Of a stretch of 64,000 bases of DNA, positions 10,424 to 20,176 are shown piece after piece. Position 1 is the first letter of the stretch. Each line of letters starts with the position of its first letter. The notes under the pieces are model-generated. The model saw nothing but the letters and a program-made list of their open reading frames with translations, made no database searches and was not told the DNA's origin. The stretch lies in assembly GCA_001784175.1 (NCBI GenBank), contig MFPR01000043.1, positions 1 through 64,000 on the forward strand, written 5' to 3'. The DNA is from Candidatus Lindowbacteria bacterium RIFCSPLOWO2_12_FULL_62_27 (GTDB lineage Bacteria; Lindowbacteria; 2-12-FULL-62-27). The translations under genes were made by a program, and so were the position numbers.

Positions 10424-10829
10424 GTTGGCGCTTCCGAAAAAACCGGACGGATCGAACTTCAAAATCCTCATCGTCGACGATTCGGAGTTCATGATCAAAA
10501 ACCTGGAGCGGATCCTCACCGGCATGGGCGCGGACGTCCTCGATTCTGCGCTGGATGGCCTTCAGGCGGTCGAGAAATACAAAAAACTCATGCCGAACAT
10601 CGATCTCGTCACGCTCGACATCACCATGCCGAACATGTCGGGAATCGACGCCCTCGCGGCGATCCGCTCGGCGGACCCCAAGGCCCGCGTGGTCATGGTG
10701 TCGGCCCTGGGTCATCAGGATATCGTGAAAACCGCCATCCTCAAGGGCGCCAAACATTTTGTCGTGAAACCCTTCAAGGCGGAAAAGGTCTTCGAGGTTC
10801 TGAAACTGGTGCTGTCCAAACCCGCCTGA
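10413..10829 (+). CDS. cheY: CheY single-domain response regulator
   Basis: ILIVDDS..TLDITMP..VSALG..KPF; N-terminal KKPDGS extension; follows cheX. Confidence 0.9.
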   Translation: MADELALPKKPDGSNFKILIVDDSEFMIKNLERILTGMGADVLDSALDGLQAVEKYKKLMPNIDLVTLDITMPNMSGIDALAAIRSADPKARVVMVSALGHQDIVKTAILKGAKHFVVKPFKAEKVFEVLKLVLSKPA

Positions 10830-10835
10830 TTTCGG

Positions 10836-13800
10836 ATGAAAGTCGAATACGTCAGGCCCTTTCTGGACGCAGCCCGCGCGGTGCTGTCTGAACTGGGGAT
10901 AGACAAACCGTCCGTGGGTCAAATACAGATCGTCGACCGACCACGCGTGCAAAGCGGCCTGGTCGTCATGATCGGGATCGCGGGCCGGCTGGACGGCCGC
11001 GTCTTCATCGACATGACGCGGGAGGCCGCCGCCAGTATCGCTACGGCTGTTTTGGGTCAGGAGCTGCCTGATATGGAAAGCATGACCCGGTCCGCCGCCG
11101 CCGAAATCGCCAATATGATCTGCGGCCGCGCCGTTTCGCTCCTCGGCAAAAGTGGCTACGCGGCGGACATATCGCCCCCCACCGTTTTCGTCGGCGGAGA
11201 AATTTCCATCCCCGACGCGGAAGGCCTCGGCAAAATTCTCGTCGCGCCTGTCGTCTCCGGCATCGGCACGCTGACTTTGAATATCGTCGTCCACGAGGTC
11301 AAATCCCACATTTTGCAAACCGGCGTGCCGGTGGTCGCCGAATCAACATCGGTTTACGCATACGCCGACCTCCCGCTTGCGAAAAAATTGAGATTCTTTG
11401 ACGACCCGGAGTTGTTTCTGCAATGGCACTACGTCGCCGCCGGGCAGATGGTCTGGTTCGATCCGTCAGGGAAAATCCGGCCGGGGATTGCCGGACCGGG
11501 GATCCAATCCGCCGCCGCCGGCGCATGGGCGACCGGTGACGGAATCATCCGCTGGTTTGCCGACGGCCCGGCCGTCACCCACATCCAACCCATGCCTGCC
11601 AAATCGGTCCCCGCCACGCCTGCCCGATACGCGAGCTCGATCCTGATCGACGGCTCCATCGAAAACCGGTCCATTCACGCCGCCGGCGACATCTTTCTGC
11701 TCGGTGACGCCGAATCCTGCGCCCTTGAGGCCGGCGGCGATATTTTTGTCCTCGGCCGATTTGACGGCGGGCGCATCACGGATGCCTCGTCGGTTTTGAT
11801 CCATGCCGCCAATTCCTCCCAAATATCCGCCCTGGCCGCCATCCATCTTCGGCGCGGCGCCTATTTCTCCACGCTGACGGCGCCCGTTGTATCTGCACAC
11901 GCCGGCCGCATCCTCGGCTGCACCGTCAACGCATCCGTCGCCGTCGTCGCCGCGCAGATCGGCTGGGCCGAATCGACGACACGAATCTCTTTTGACCCCG
12001 GGCTTTTCACAAAATATCTGGACGCCGTCGTCGGAAGAATCCGCTCGTTCGTGCAGAAGAATCAAAAGGACCTCGGACACGATGCGCTGGCCCGCCACCG
12101 TCTGGAAAAAACGATGGCCGCCCTGCTCAAACAAAAATCCGTCGCCATCCTCTCAGCGGATCAATTCCTGCAACCTCTCGAAATTCGCCGGCAGGGTCAG
12201 CCTTGGAAAGGGATTTTGCCGAAATCCGGCACGTTGAACCTGACAGGCGGACAAATCGTTGCGGACCCGGCGGCATACCTTGACGCGCCGGTTCCCATGC
12301 CCGCCATCTCGCCCCCGCGAAAAACCGACGCCAAACATTTCGTGGTCGTGACCGACGGACAGAAACGCCGATTCGGCGAACTTTCCGTCGACGGCGCCGA
12401 TGTCCGCCGTTTCCCGTCCTTTTTCCCGGCCATCCCGCGGCTGCTCTGGCTGAATGCGCAGAGCCTCGACAAAGCCGTCGACGAGGCCGTGAGAATCCTG
12501 CGGCTGGCGCGAAGCTCCATCGAGGCGCGCGCGTTGAAGGAGGCCCCGGCCGGCGAACCCATCATGGTTCTGGCAGGAGAAAAACGGATCCCGCGCTCCC
12601 TTAAATCCGACTGGTCCGGCGACGAACTCCTGGCCATGCAAAAAAATCTCGATGGCGGCTTTAAATTCGAAAACCGGTCCAAAGGCCTCTATCTGAAAGT
12701 CTGGCCGGCGAAAATGGGAGGCCGGCCCGCCGATTTCGATCTCTTCCGCTCCGAAATTTCTACGCGCCGAATCAAACCGACCATCGCCTTTGAGAATATC
12801 GAGTCCCATTTCCGAAATGCGACCGGAGTCCCCTTTCTCATCGGCGAACCTTTGCCCCCGCCTGTAGATGGCCGCTTTGAAATCCGGGTTTCACCTGACC
12901 GGCTTTCGGCCAAACTCGCCGTCATCTCGCATCGCGGAGAAGGCCGCCCCGTCGATTTCGCGGCCGTCCTTGCCGAACTTTCCAATCTCTCTCTCGAACA
13001 CGATCCGGACGAAATCACGACGTTCCTTCAGAACGTCAAAGACAAGGATACATTCCGCTTCCAGGGCAAACCCCCGAAACGGGGTGAGGACGCAACGGTG
13101 GAGATGCCCTTTATTCCCGGGATGGGCCGGTGTACGGAGACCGGCTACGCGGGGGTACACGTGATGGCGCAATCGCCCCACTGGATGCGCGTGGCCCGCG
13201 GCGACGTGCTTGCCGTGATCCGCGCGCCGTCGAAAGGCTCTGACGGCCGGGCGGTGACCGGATCCGTTATTGCCGCAACCGGAGGAAGGGAGGTTCATCT
13301 CAACGCCGGTTTGGGCGCAACATACGAACGCGTGGACGGGGGCGCGAGAATTCTCGCCGCCCAGGACGGCCATGCTTGGCTGGGCGGCGACAGAATCCAT
13401 GTCGACGGACTGCAAACCGTGAAGGAACTTTCCGGGCCGGCGAAAATATCGGGCGCGGTTCGTGTTGAGGGCGACATTTCGGCGGGGGCGGACGTCAGTA
13501 TAACGGGAAACGTTTTCGTCGCCGGGAAAATTTATGGAAAGGTCGCTGTTGGCGGATCGCTGGTGTGCGAGGGCGGCATCATCGGTGGGGAGGTTCTTGT
13601 CGAGCAATTCGCATGGGCGCGGTTTTCGGACAAGAGCCGGATAACGGTACGCCGGAGTTTCACAGTCCTCCATTCGATCACGTCCTCCGACCTCCAGGTC
13701 GGCGACTACTTGATCGTCTCCGATCCGGGGCGGATCTATGGCGGGGAGATTGTGGCAGGCAAGGGCGTTGAGGCGTCGGAAATCGGCACGCCGATCGGCG

Positions 13801-14267
13801 TCGTGACGACCCTGGCGATCGGCCTTTCCCCCTTTCTCAGGGAATCCCGTCTCAAACTCGATGAACGTCTGAGGAAGCGGGAACAGGAGCGCATGGAACT
13901 CAAGCGGGAACTCGATCCGCTCATCACCGAATATAAAAACGCCGAGACCTTGCAGATTCTGGGCAAGGACTACGAGAAAGACATGCTGGGAGACCTCCTG
14001 CGGATGGAGGCTGAAATCGCCGCGCTGAATGAGGATGTGGGGCATCTTGCCGATCCAGATCGATATTGTTTCTTCGATGGCGCGTCTCTGGCGGTGCGCG
14101 ACACCATCCATCCGGGCGCGGCCATCCGCTTTGGCGAGTGTCCGTTAAACGAAGGATTCGGCCGAAGGGGGTCGATCTATATCCGAAAGCGCGGGGACAT
14201 CGCGATCGATGTCGACGATTTTAGAGCGCTGGGGATAACGCTCGTGCCGCCGGATATTTCAGGATAG
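10836..14267 (+). CDS. CheX domain fused to FapA/DUF342-like region (1143 aa)
   Basis: N-terminal paralog of the upstream CheX (SAAAEIANMICG, DISPPTV). C-terminal half has VDGRFEIRVSPDRLSA, V..GD.LA...P..G.DG..VTG, beta-helix repeats, coiled coil and V.DTIHPG typical of DUF342. Confidence 0.75.
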   Translation: MKVEYVRPFLDAARAVLSELGIDKPSVGQIQIVDRPRVQSGLVVMIGIAGRLDGRVFIDMTREAAASIATAVLGQELPDMESMTRSAAAEIANMICGRAVSLLGKSGYAADISPPTVFVGGEISIPDAEGLGKILVAPVVSGIGTLTLNIVVHEVKSHILQTGVPVVAESTSVYAYADLPLAKKLRFFDDPELFLQWHYVAAGQMVWFDPSGKIRPGIAGPGIQSAAAGAWATGDGIIRWFADGPAVTHIQPMPAKSVPATPARYASSILIDGSIENRSIHAAGDIFLLGDAESCALEAGGDIFVLGRFDGGRITDASSVLIHAANSSQISALAAIHLRRGAYFSTLTAPVVSAHAGRILGCTVNASVAVVAAQIGWAESTTRISFDPGLFTKYLDAVVGRIRSFVQKNQKDLGHDALARHRLEKTMAALLKQKSVAILSADQFLQPLEIRRQGQPWKGILPKSGTLNLTGGQIVADPAAYLDAPVPMPAISPPRKTDAKHFVVVTDGQKRRFGELSVDGADVRRFPSFFPAIPRLLWLNAQSLDKAVDEAVRILRLARSSIEARALKEAPAGEPIMVLAGEKRIPRSLKSDWSGDELLAMQKNLDGGFKFENRSKGLYLKVWPAKMGGRPADFDLFRSEISTRRIKPTIAFENIESHFRNATGVPFLIGEPLPPPVDGRFEIRVSPDRLSAKLAVISHRGEGRPVDFAAVLAELSNLSLEHDPDEITTFLQNVKDKDTFRFQGKPPKRGEDATVEMPFIPGMGRCTETGYAGVHVMAQSPHWMRVARGDVLAVIRAPSKGSDGRAVTGSVIAATGGREVHLNAGLGATYERVDGGARILAAQDGHAWLGGDRIHVDGLQTVKELSGPAKISGAVRVEGDISAGADVSITGNVFVAGKIYGKVAVGGSLVCEGGIIGGEVLVEQFAWARFSDKSRITVRRSFTVLHSITSSDLQVGDYLIVSDPGRIYGGEIVAGKGVEASEIGTPIGVVTTLAIGLSPFLRESRLKLDERLRKREQERMELKRELDPLITEYKNAETLQILGKDYEKDMLGDLLRMEAEIAALNEDVGHLADPDRYCFFDGASLAVRDTIHPGAAIRFGECPLNEGFGRRGSIYIRKRGDIAIDVDDFRALGITLVPPDISG

Positions 14268-14294
14268 AAATGCATGGGTACTGGAGAATGTGGA

Positions 14295-14774
14295 TTACTT
14301 CAGTTTCTCGAGCGCCGCCTGGAGGGCGTTGAAATTGGGCAGGTCCTTCGGGGTCGGCGTCTGTTCGCTGTACTGCACGATCCCTTTTTTGTCGATGACG
14401 AAGGCCGCCCGGGCGCTGACGGCGCCGAGGCCGATGAGGTCCGGCAGGAGCGTCCCGTAGCTTTCGGCCGTTTTCTTGTTGAGGTCGGACAGGAGCGGGA
14501 TCGTGATTTTCTCTTTCTGGGCCCACGCCTCCTGCGCGAAGGGGCTGTCGACGCTGACGCCGTAGACCTCCGCGTTCAGGGACGAATAGGCGCTGATGCC
14601 TTTCGAGACGTCGCACATCTCCTGCGTGCAGACGCCGGTGAAGGCCAGCGGGAAAAACAGGAGCACCGTGTTTTTCTTTCCAAAATTGTCGCTGAGCTTG
14701 ACGTCCTTGAGGCCGTCCGCCGTTTTCGTTTTCAGCGCAAAGTCCGGCGCTTTCGAACCAACCGAGATGGCCAT
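14295..14774 (-). CDS. Peroxiredoxin (AhpC/TSA, AhpE-like)
   Basis: VGSKAPDF, FFPLAFTGVCTQEMC, GVSVDS, LLSD, RAAFVIDKKG. Confidence 0.93.
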   Translation of the reverse strand: MAISVGSKAPDFALKTKTADGLKDVKLSDNFGKKNTVLLFFPLAFTGVCTQEMCDVSKGISAYSSLNAEVYGVSVDSPFAQEAWAQKEKITIPLLSDLNKKTAESYGTLLPDLIGLGAVSARAAFVIDKKGIVQYSEQTPTPKDLPNFNALQAALEKLK

Positions 14775-14867
14775 GGTCTCTGCTCCTCTCACCGTGAGAT
14801 TTTTTCGGCGCCCCGTCCATCGGCGCGCACTTGAATCGAACAGGTAAACACAGCGCCCCGCCCTCCG

Positions 14868-15734
14868 TCAACTGCCCTCCAGCTTGAACGCGCGCGCCAG
14901 TTTCAGGAGCTGCCGGACCTGCTCGTGGCTCATGCGGAGCCTTCGGGCCGACTCGAGGAGGCTGGCGGTTTCGCGGTAGGTCTGGACCGCCCGGACGACC
15001 CGCTGATACGCCACAACTTCGCGGATGTCCCACGGCTGATCGAGCGCCGGCCGGTCCTTGAAAATCCGCCGCAGCTTGGACGATTCGTACGCGGACAGGC
15101 TCTGGCCGTCGAAAAACCGCCGGAGGGTCCGTTGCGAAATGCCCGCGTGCTTGGCGAAGAAGTACCGGTCGGCCGCTGTCGGCAGGCGCGCCGCAAGACG
15201 CTCGCGCGCAAGATCGAGGCGGTCCATCCATTTGTTTCCGTCCGCATCGGCGGGGACGAAATCCATGCCCAGGGCAAGACCGAGATCGTTCAGCACCCGC
15301 TGGATGTTCTGAAGGCTTCGCGGGCCCAACGACGGAAACCGCAGAAGCTCGCGCGGCGTCCGGGCGACCAGCTCGCCCAGCCGGTCGATCTGCGCGAGAC
15401 GCAGGCGGTCGAGCATCGCGTCCGAAAAGCCGCACTGCTCGATCGGCATGCCCAGAAGCGCCGTGAGGTCCGTGTCGCGCGCCGCCATCCATTCCGGCGC
15501 GCGGATCGTCACGCCCAGCGCCCGCAGCCGCGCCTTGAGGCGCCGCAGCGACTGCCGGCCGAAATGCCGGATCCGCAGCAGGTCCTCCTCCCGCGCCTGC
15601 GCGACCTGTCCCACCGTGTGGAACCCGGCGGTCTTCAGGGACCGGTAGACGCGCGCCGGAAGGCGCAGCTCTTCGAGGGATATGTTCGGTCCGGGCGGCG
15701 CGAGCGGCGCCGTCGGCCGTGGGTCTTTTTTCAT
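14868..15734 (-). CDS. Protein with two RNA polymerase alpha-CTD-like domains and C-terminal HTH motifs
   Basis: Two repeats of I.eL.l..R....L....I..vgeL......LL.....G..SL..I...L...GL, then AKHAGISQRTLRRF and SLLESARRLRMSHEQVRQL. Confidence 0.75.
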   Translation of the reverse strand: MKKDPRPTAPLAPPGPNISLEELRLPARVYRSLKTAGFHTVGQVAQAREEDLLRIRHFGRQSLRRLKARLRALGVTIRAPEWMAARDTDLTALLGMPIEQCGFSDAMLDRLRLAQIDRLGELVARTPRELLRFPSLGPRSLQNIQRVLNDLGLALGMDFVPADADGNKWMDRLDLARERLAARLPTAADRYFFAKHAGISQRTLRRFFDGQSLSAYESSKLRRIFKDRPALDQPWDIREVVAYQRVVRAVQTYRETASLLESARRLRMSHEQVRQLLKLARAFKLEGS

Positions 15735-15820
15735 GCGTCTTTTCTCATCGATCCTCTTGCTTTCTCTGTCGAGTCTGATTATTCTCAGGAATCGGGAGAG
15801 AATTCAAGTCGGAGGCAGCG

Positions 15821-17530
15821 TTGAGCGTACCGAACACCATCGTCAAGATCGTCAACAAACACGGCCAGATCGAGGATTTTGATCTCTCCCGCATCGTCCG
15901 GTCCATCAATTCCGCCATTGTCGACGTCCATGGGAAAAACCTCGGCATCTCCGAACACCGCGCGCTCAAGTATGCCAAGAGCGTCGCGGCGCGCGTCTAC
16001 CGGGAATACTATGAGCTGGAGTGGATCAAGACCCAGTTCATCGCCCAGTACGTGAGCTACGACCCGGCCGAACGCCACCGCAGGATGCAGGACGCCTTCA
16101 TCTCCGTTCGGATGACGTTTGTGCTGCTGGAAAAGTTCCGGGACCAGATCGGCGCGCAGAAAGTTCAGGACGCGGCCGACCGGCTCAAGGCCTTCATCCG
16201 GGCCGAACTCGATATCGCGCAGGTCGATCCGAAATTCACCGAGGGCCTCTTCCCCCGGCTCAACGAGGAGGTCCGGGCCGCGATGGCCGAATTCCTCGCC
16301 GCGCGGGTTCAACAGATGGCAGCCCAAAAAATTCCGCCCAGCGTCCTCTGCCCCACTCGCGAGTACGTGCAGGACACGATCGAAAAGGAGCTGAAGGACC
16401 TCGGCGAGATCGAGATTGCCGAAGGCTACATGATCTACCGCGAGGGCCGGCGGAAAATCCATTCGGGCGACATATCCGAACTCCAGTTCACCCGTGACGG
16501 CATCCCGCGGGACCACGTGCGGCGCACGCTCGAGTGGAACATCGACAACGAGTGCGACAGCGTCTTCGGCCTCAACGACTGGATCCTAGGCCGGAACGGC
16601 CGGGACATCCGGGACCTCGTCCAGATGTGCGAACAGCGGTTTCGGGAGGACATCCTCGATACGGCGCAGCGGATCGTCGACCTCAAGGGCGTCCTCCAGG
16701 TCGTCATCATCGCCGGGCCGTCCTGTTCCAACAAGACCACCACGACGGTCATCATCGGCCAGGAACTCAAACGCGTGAATCTCCGGTTCAAGCAGCTCAA
16801 CGTCGACGACTATTTTTTCGACCTTGAAAACCAGCCCAAGGACGAGTTCGGCGACTACGATTTCGAAATGCCCGAGGCCATCGACATGGCGCTGCTCAAC
16901 CGGCACCTCGAGGACCTCCTCGCCGGCAAGGAAGTTCAGAAACCGAAGTACAACTTTAAAAAAGGCGGCCGGGACGGGTTCGAGCCTTTCCACCTCGAAC
17001 CGGGCGAAATCATTCTCATCGACTGCCTCCACGGCCTCTATCGGCAGCTCACGGCAGCCGTGCCGCAGAACAGGAAGTTCCGCATCTACATCGAGTCGAT
17101 GAACGTCGTCCGCAACGCCTTCGGCGCCTGGACCCGATGGGCCGACGTGCGGATGATGAAACGCATGATCCGTGACGCGCGGCACCGCGGATACAGCACC
17201 GAACAGACCCTCGCGCACTGGCCGTACGTCCGCAAGGGCGAACTCAAGCACATCATTCCGTACATCTTTTCGACCGATTCGGTCATCAACGCCGGCCTGC
17301 CCTACGAGCTGGCCGTGCTGAAATTTTCCCTGAAGGACATTCTGCCCGGCCTCGATTTCGTCCACAGGCTGCGGGTCGAGGGCCGGCTCGACCCTTATGT
17401 CCGCGGGATCCGCACGCACTCCCTGCTCAACACCGTCCTCGAACTGTCCAACTCGGACATCATTCCCAACACCTCGCCCATCCGCGAATTCATCGGCGGG
17501 TCCATCTACATGATCCCGCACAACGACTGA
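15821..17530 (+). CDS. ATP-cone domain + uridine-kinase-like P-loop protein
   Basis: IVNKHGQIEDFDLSRIVRSI and EYVQDTIEKEL..IAEGYMIYRE (split ATP cone); IAGPSCSNKTTTT, VDDYF, YDFE.PEAID, RMIRD..RG, WPYVRKGE. Confidence 0.8.
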   Translation: MSVPNTIVKIVNKHGQIEDFDLSRIVRSINSAIVDVHGKNLGISEHRALKYAKSVAARVYREYYELEWIKTQFIAQYVSYDPAERHRRMQDAFISVRMTFVLLEKFRDQIGAQKVQDAADRLKAFIRAELDIAQVDPKFTEGLFPRLNEEVRAAMAEFLAARVQQMAAQKIPPSVLCPTREYVQDTIEKELKDLGEIEIAEGYMIYREGRRKIHSGDISELQFTRDGIPRDHVRRTLEWNIDNECDSVFGLNDWILGRNGRDIRDLVQMCEQRFREDILDTAQRIVDLKGVLQVVIIAGPSCSNKTTTTVIIGQELKRVNLRFKQLNVDDYFFDLENQPKDEFGDYDFEMPEAIDMALLNRHLEDLLAGKEVQKPKYNFKKGGRDGFEPFHLEPGEIILIDCLHGLYRQLTAAVPQNRKFRIYIESMNVVRNAFGAWTRWADVRMMKRMIRDARHRGYSTEQTLAHWPYVRKGELKHIIPYIFSTDSVINAGLPYELAVLKFSLKDILPGLDFVHRLRVEGRLDPYVRGIRTHSLLNTVLELSNSDIIPNTSPIREFIGGSIYMIPHND

Positions 17531-17555
17531 CCGGCCGCGGGGGGACTTGAGGGGG

Positions 17556-18671
17556 ATGGACGAACAGAAAGAAAAGAAAGTGGCGCTGGCCGCCGGCGGC
17601 ACCGGCGGGCACCTCTTTCCGGCGCTGGCCCTGGCGGAGGAAATCATTTCGCAGCCGGGTTTCGGCCGCGTGGTGTTTCTGGCGGCCGAGCGCCCCCTCG
17701 ACCGCCACATCCTGGGCGGGGCGGACCGGTTGTGGGGCCGGCAGTTCAAGTGCGTGTATCTGCCGGGCAGCGCCTACGCGGGCCAGCCGGGGTGGAGGAA
17801 GCTCCTCTCCATATTATATATGGCCTGGGCGGTGCTGTCGGCCTGGTTCCATCTCAGGGGGTGCCGGGCGGTCGTGGCCTTCGGCGGATACGCGTCGGTC
17901 GCATCGGTTCTGGCGGCGCGCCTGCGGGGGATCGCCGTTTACCTGCACGAACAGAACGCGATCCCGGGCCGGGCCAACCGGCTCATGGCGCGGTTCGCGA
18001 AACACATTTTTCTGACGTTCGAGGAGGCCGCGCCGCTCTTCGGCCCGCGCGCCGACCGCTGCCGGGTGGTGGGCTGCCCGGTGCGGAAAAAAATCCTGTT
18101 CGAGCGCGAGGCCGGCCCGCACGCCCGGATGCGGATGCTGGTGGTGGGCGGAAGCCAGGGCACAAAATTCTTTCTGGATTTTTTCCTCGGCCGGCCGGAA
18201 TTCTTCGCCTGGCTCCTCGAACGCGTCGACATCCTGTTTCTTGCGGGCTCGCAACTGGCCGAAACCCCGCCGGCCCGCCGGCTTGTCGAAAACGCACGGC
18301 ACCTCCGGGGGAGCTTCACGCTCCTGCCCTTTCTCGACCGCATGGGTCCCGCAGTCCGGTCGGCGGACATCATCCTCTCCAGGTCCGGGGCGTCCTTTCT
18401 GGCGGAACTCGCCTCCGTCGGCAAGGCCCGGACGATTCTCGTGCCCTTTCCGCTCGCGATGGACGGCCATCAAGACGCCAACGCGAAGGCGCTGCAGCGG
18501 AGCGGCCATTCGCTGGCGGAATTGAGAGTGATCGACGAGACGCAGCAGGCGGAGATGGAGGAAACCATTCACGGATTCGTCGTCGGCGGGCCGGTGCCGC
18601 CGCCACCTTCCTTCAGCGACCGGCACGCCGGCGCGGCCAACGAGATTCTGTCCGAACTTCATTCAAATTGA
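17556..18671 (+). CDS. murG: MurG glycosyltransferase
   Basis: GGTGGHLFPALA, FGGYAS, HEQNAIPGRANR, GCPVR, GGSQG, SRSGAS, HQDANA. Confidence 0.95.
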   Translation: MDEQKEKKVALAAGGTGGHLFPALALAEEIISQPGFGRVVFLAAERPLDRHILGGADRLWGRQFKCVYLPGSAYAGQPGWRKLLSILYMAWAVLSAWFHLRGCRAVVAFGGYASVASVLAARLRGIAVYLHEQNAIPGRANRLMARFAKHIFLTFEEAAPLFGPRADRCRVVGCPVRKKILFEREAGPHARMRMLVVGGSQGTKFFLDFFLGRPEFFAWLLERVDILFLAGSQLAETPPARRLVENARHLRGSFTLLPFLDRMGPAVRSADIILSRSGASFLAELASVGKARTILVPFPLAMDGHQDANAKALQRSGHSLAELRVIDETQQAEMEETIHGFVVGGPVPPPPSFSDRHAGAANEILSELHSN

Positions 18672-19175
18672 ATGCTTCACATCCTGCGGTATGGAGATCC
18701 CGCCCTCCGGAAAAAGTCGGGCCCTGTTGAAAAACTGAACGCCGCCGTCCGCCGTCTCGCTGAGCAGATGATCAAATCGATGCGCGCCGCGGCCGGCGTC
18801 GGCCTCGCGGCGCCGCAGGTTGGCCGGAACCTCCGGATCGCGGTCGTGCACCACGCGGAATTTCAACCGAAGCCGCTCATCCTGATCAACCCCGTGATTC
18901 TCGAGCGGTCGAATGATCTCACGCAAGTGGAAGAAGGGTGTCTCTCCGTGCCCCATCTGAACGTTGCGGTGGCCCGGTCGAAGGCAGTCCGCGTGCGATA
19001 CCGCGCGGCGGGCGGGGAAACGGTCGAACGGGAGTTCCATGACCTCATGGCGCGGATCGTACAGCACGAGTGCGATCACCTCGAAGGCAAAATGATCGTG
19101 GACCATCTCGACCTTCAGACCCGGCTGAGGTTTGAAGCGCAGTTGAAAAAGGCGAACCCGGGAGGGGACGCTTGA
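18672..19175 (+). CDS. def: Peptide deformylase
   Basis: GVGLAAPQVG, EGCLS, QHECDHLEG. Confidence 0.97.
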   Translation: MLHILRYGDPALRKKSGPVEKLNAAVRRLAEQMIKSMRAAAGVGLAAPQVGRNLRIAVVHHAEFQPKPLILINPVILERSNDLTQVEEGCLSVPHLNVAVARSKAVRVRYRAAGGETVEREFHDLMARIVQHECDHLEGKMIVDHLDLQTRLRFEAQLKKANPGGDA

Positions 19176-20128
19176 AAAAACTCAGCGTCGTCTTCCTCGC
19201 CAGCGGCCCGTTCGCCCTTCCCGCGCTGCATCACGTCCTGGGCCGCGCGGATGGCGAACTTCTCGTCGTCTCGCAGCCGGACCGGCCGGCGGGCCGGGGG
19301 AAATCCGAGCGAGCGACAGCGGCGGCGGAGTCGGTCGCGTCGAAGACGGAGCTCGTCAAATCTCCAAACGTCAACGCCCCCGCTTTTATCGAGGGCCTCC
19401 GCACTCGGCGATTCGACCTCATGCTGGTCTGCGATTTCGGGCAGATTCTGAAACCGGCGCTCTTTGAACTCCCGCCGCTCGGTTGCTTCAATCTCCACGG
19501 ATCGATCCTGCCGGCGTACCGGGGCGCGGCGCCGATCCAGCGCGCCCTCCTGGCCGGCGAACTCCGCACGGGCGTGACGCTTCTCAGGGTCAACGAACGA
19601 TGCGACGCGGGACCGATCGTGTCCACGATCGAGACCGATATCGGGCCGGCGGAAAATTACGGAGACCTGCACGGGCGGCTGTCCGATCTGGCGGTGCGTC
19701 TGTTGGCGCCGTTTCTCGATCAATGCGTGGCCGGCAAGCTCCCGCCGGAGCACCCGCAGGATGAGTCGAGGGCGACGATGGCGCCCAAAATCAAAAAGGA
19801 GGAACTCCACCTCGATTTCAGCCGGCCGGCGGCGGAGATCGACCGGCGCGTCCGGGCGTTCGCGCCGAAACCGGGCGCGTATGCGATGTGGAAAGGCCGG
19901 CGATTTAAAATCCTCAAGGCGGAATTGGAGCGCCCTCCGGCGCCGCCGCCGGCCAGCGGCGCGCCGGGACGGATCGAAGTCGCGCCGGACCGCCGCAGTC
20001 TCCGAGTGGCCTGCGCGGGCAAAACGTGTCTCAGGCTCATGGACCTTCAGCCGGAAGGCGGCCGGGTTCAAGCGGCGGCGGAATTCGTCAACGGCCACCC
20101 CGACCTGCCGGGCGCCGTCTGGGTTTGA
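19172..20128 (+). CDS. fmt: Methionyl-tRNA formyltransferase
   Basis: SQPDRPAGRG, NLHGSILPAYRGAAPIQRA, DAGPI, APKIKKEE; follows def. Confidence 0.96.
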   Translation: MKKLSVVFLASGPFALPALHHVLGRADGELLVVSQPDRPAGRGKSERATAAAESVASKTELVKSPNVNAPAFIEGLRTRRFDLMLVCDFGQILKPALFELPPLGCFNLHGSILPAYRGAAPIQRALLAGELRTGVTLLRVNERCDAGPIVSTIETDIGPAENYGDLHGRLSDLAVRLLAPFLDQCVAGKLPPEHPQDESRATMAPKIKKEELHLDFSRPAAEIDRRVRAFAPKPGAYAMWKGRRFKILKAELERPPAPPPASGAPGRIEVAPDRRSLRVACAGKTCLRLMDLQPEGGRVQAAAEFVNGHPDLPGAVWV

Positions 20129-20176
20129 CCTGTGTCACGGGGACCGGGGGATCTTCAATAAAGGCGACGATCTTCA

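Noticed and set aside
14868-15734. Calling this gene rpoA
   Set aside because: It lacks the alpha N-terminal domain and ribosomal operon context.
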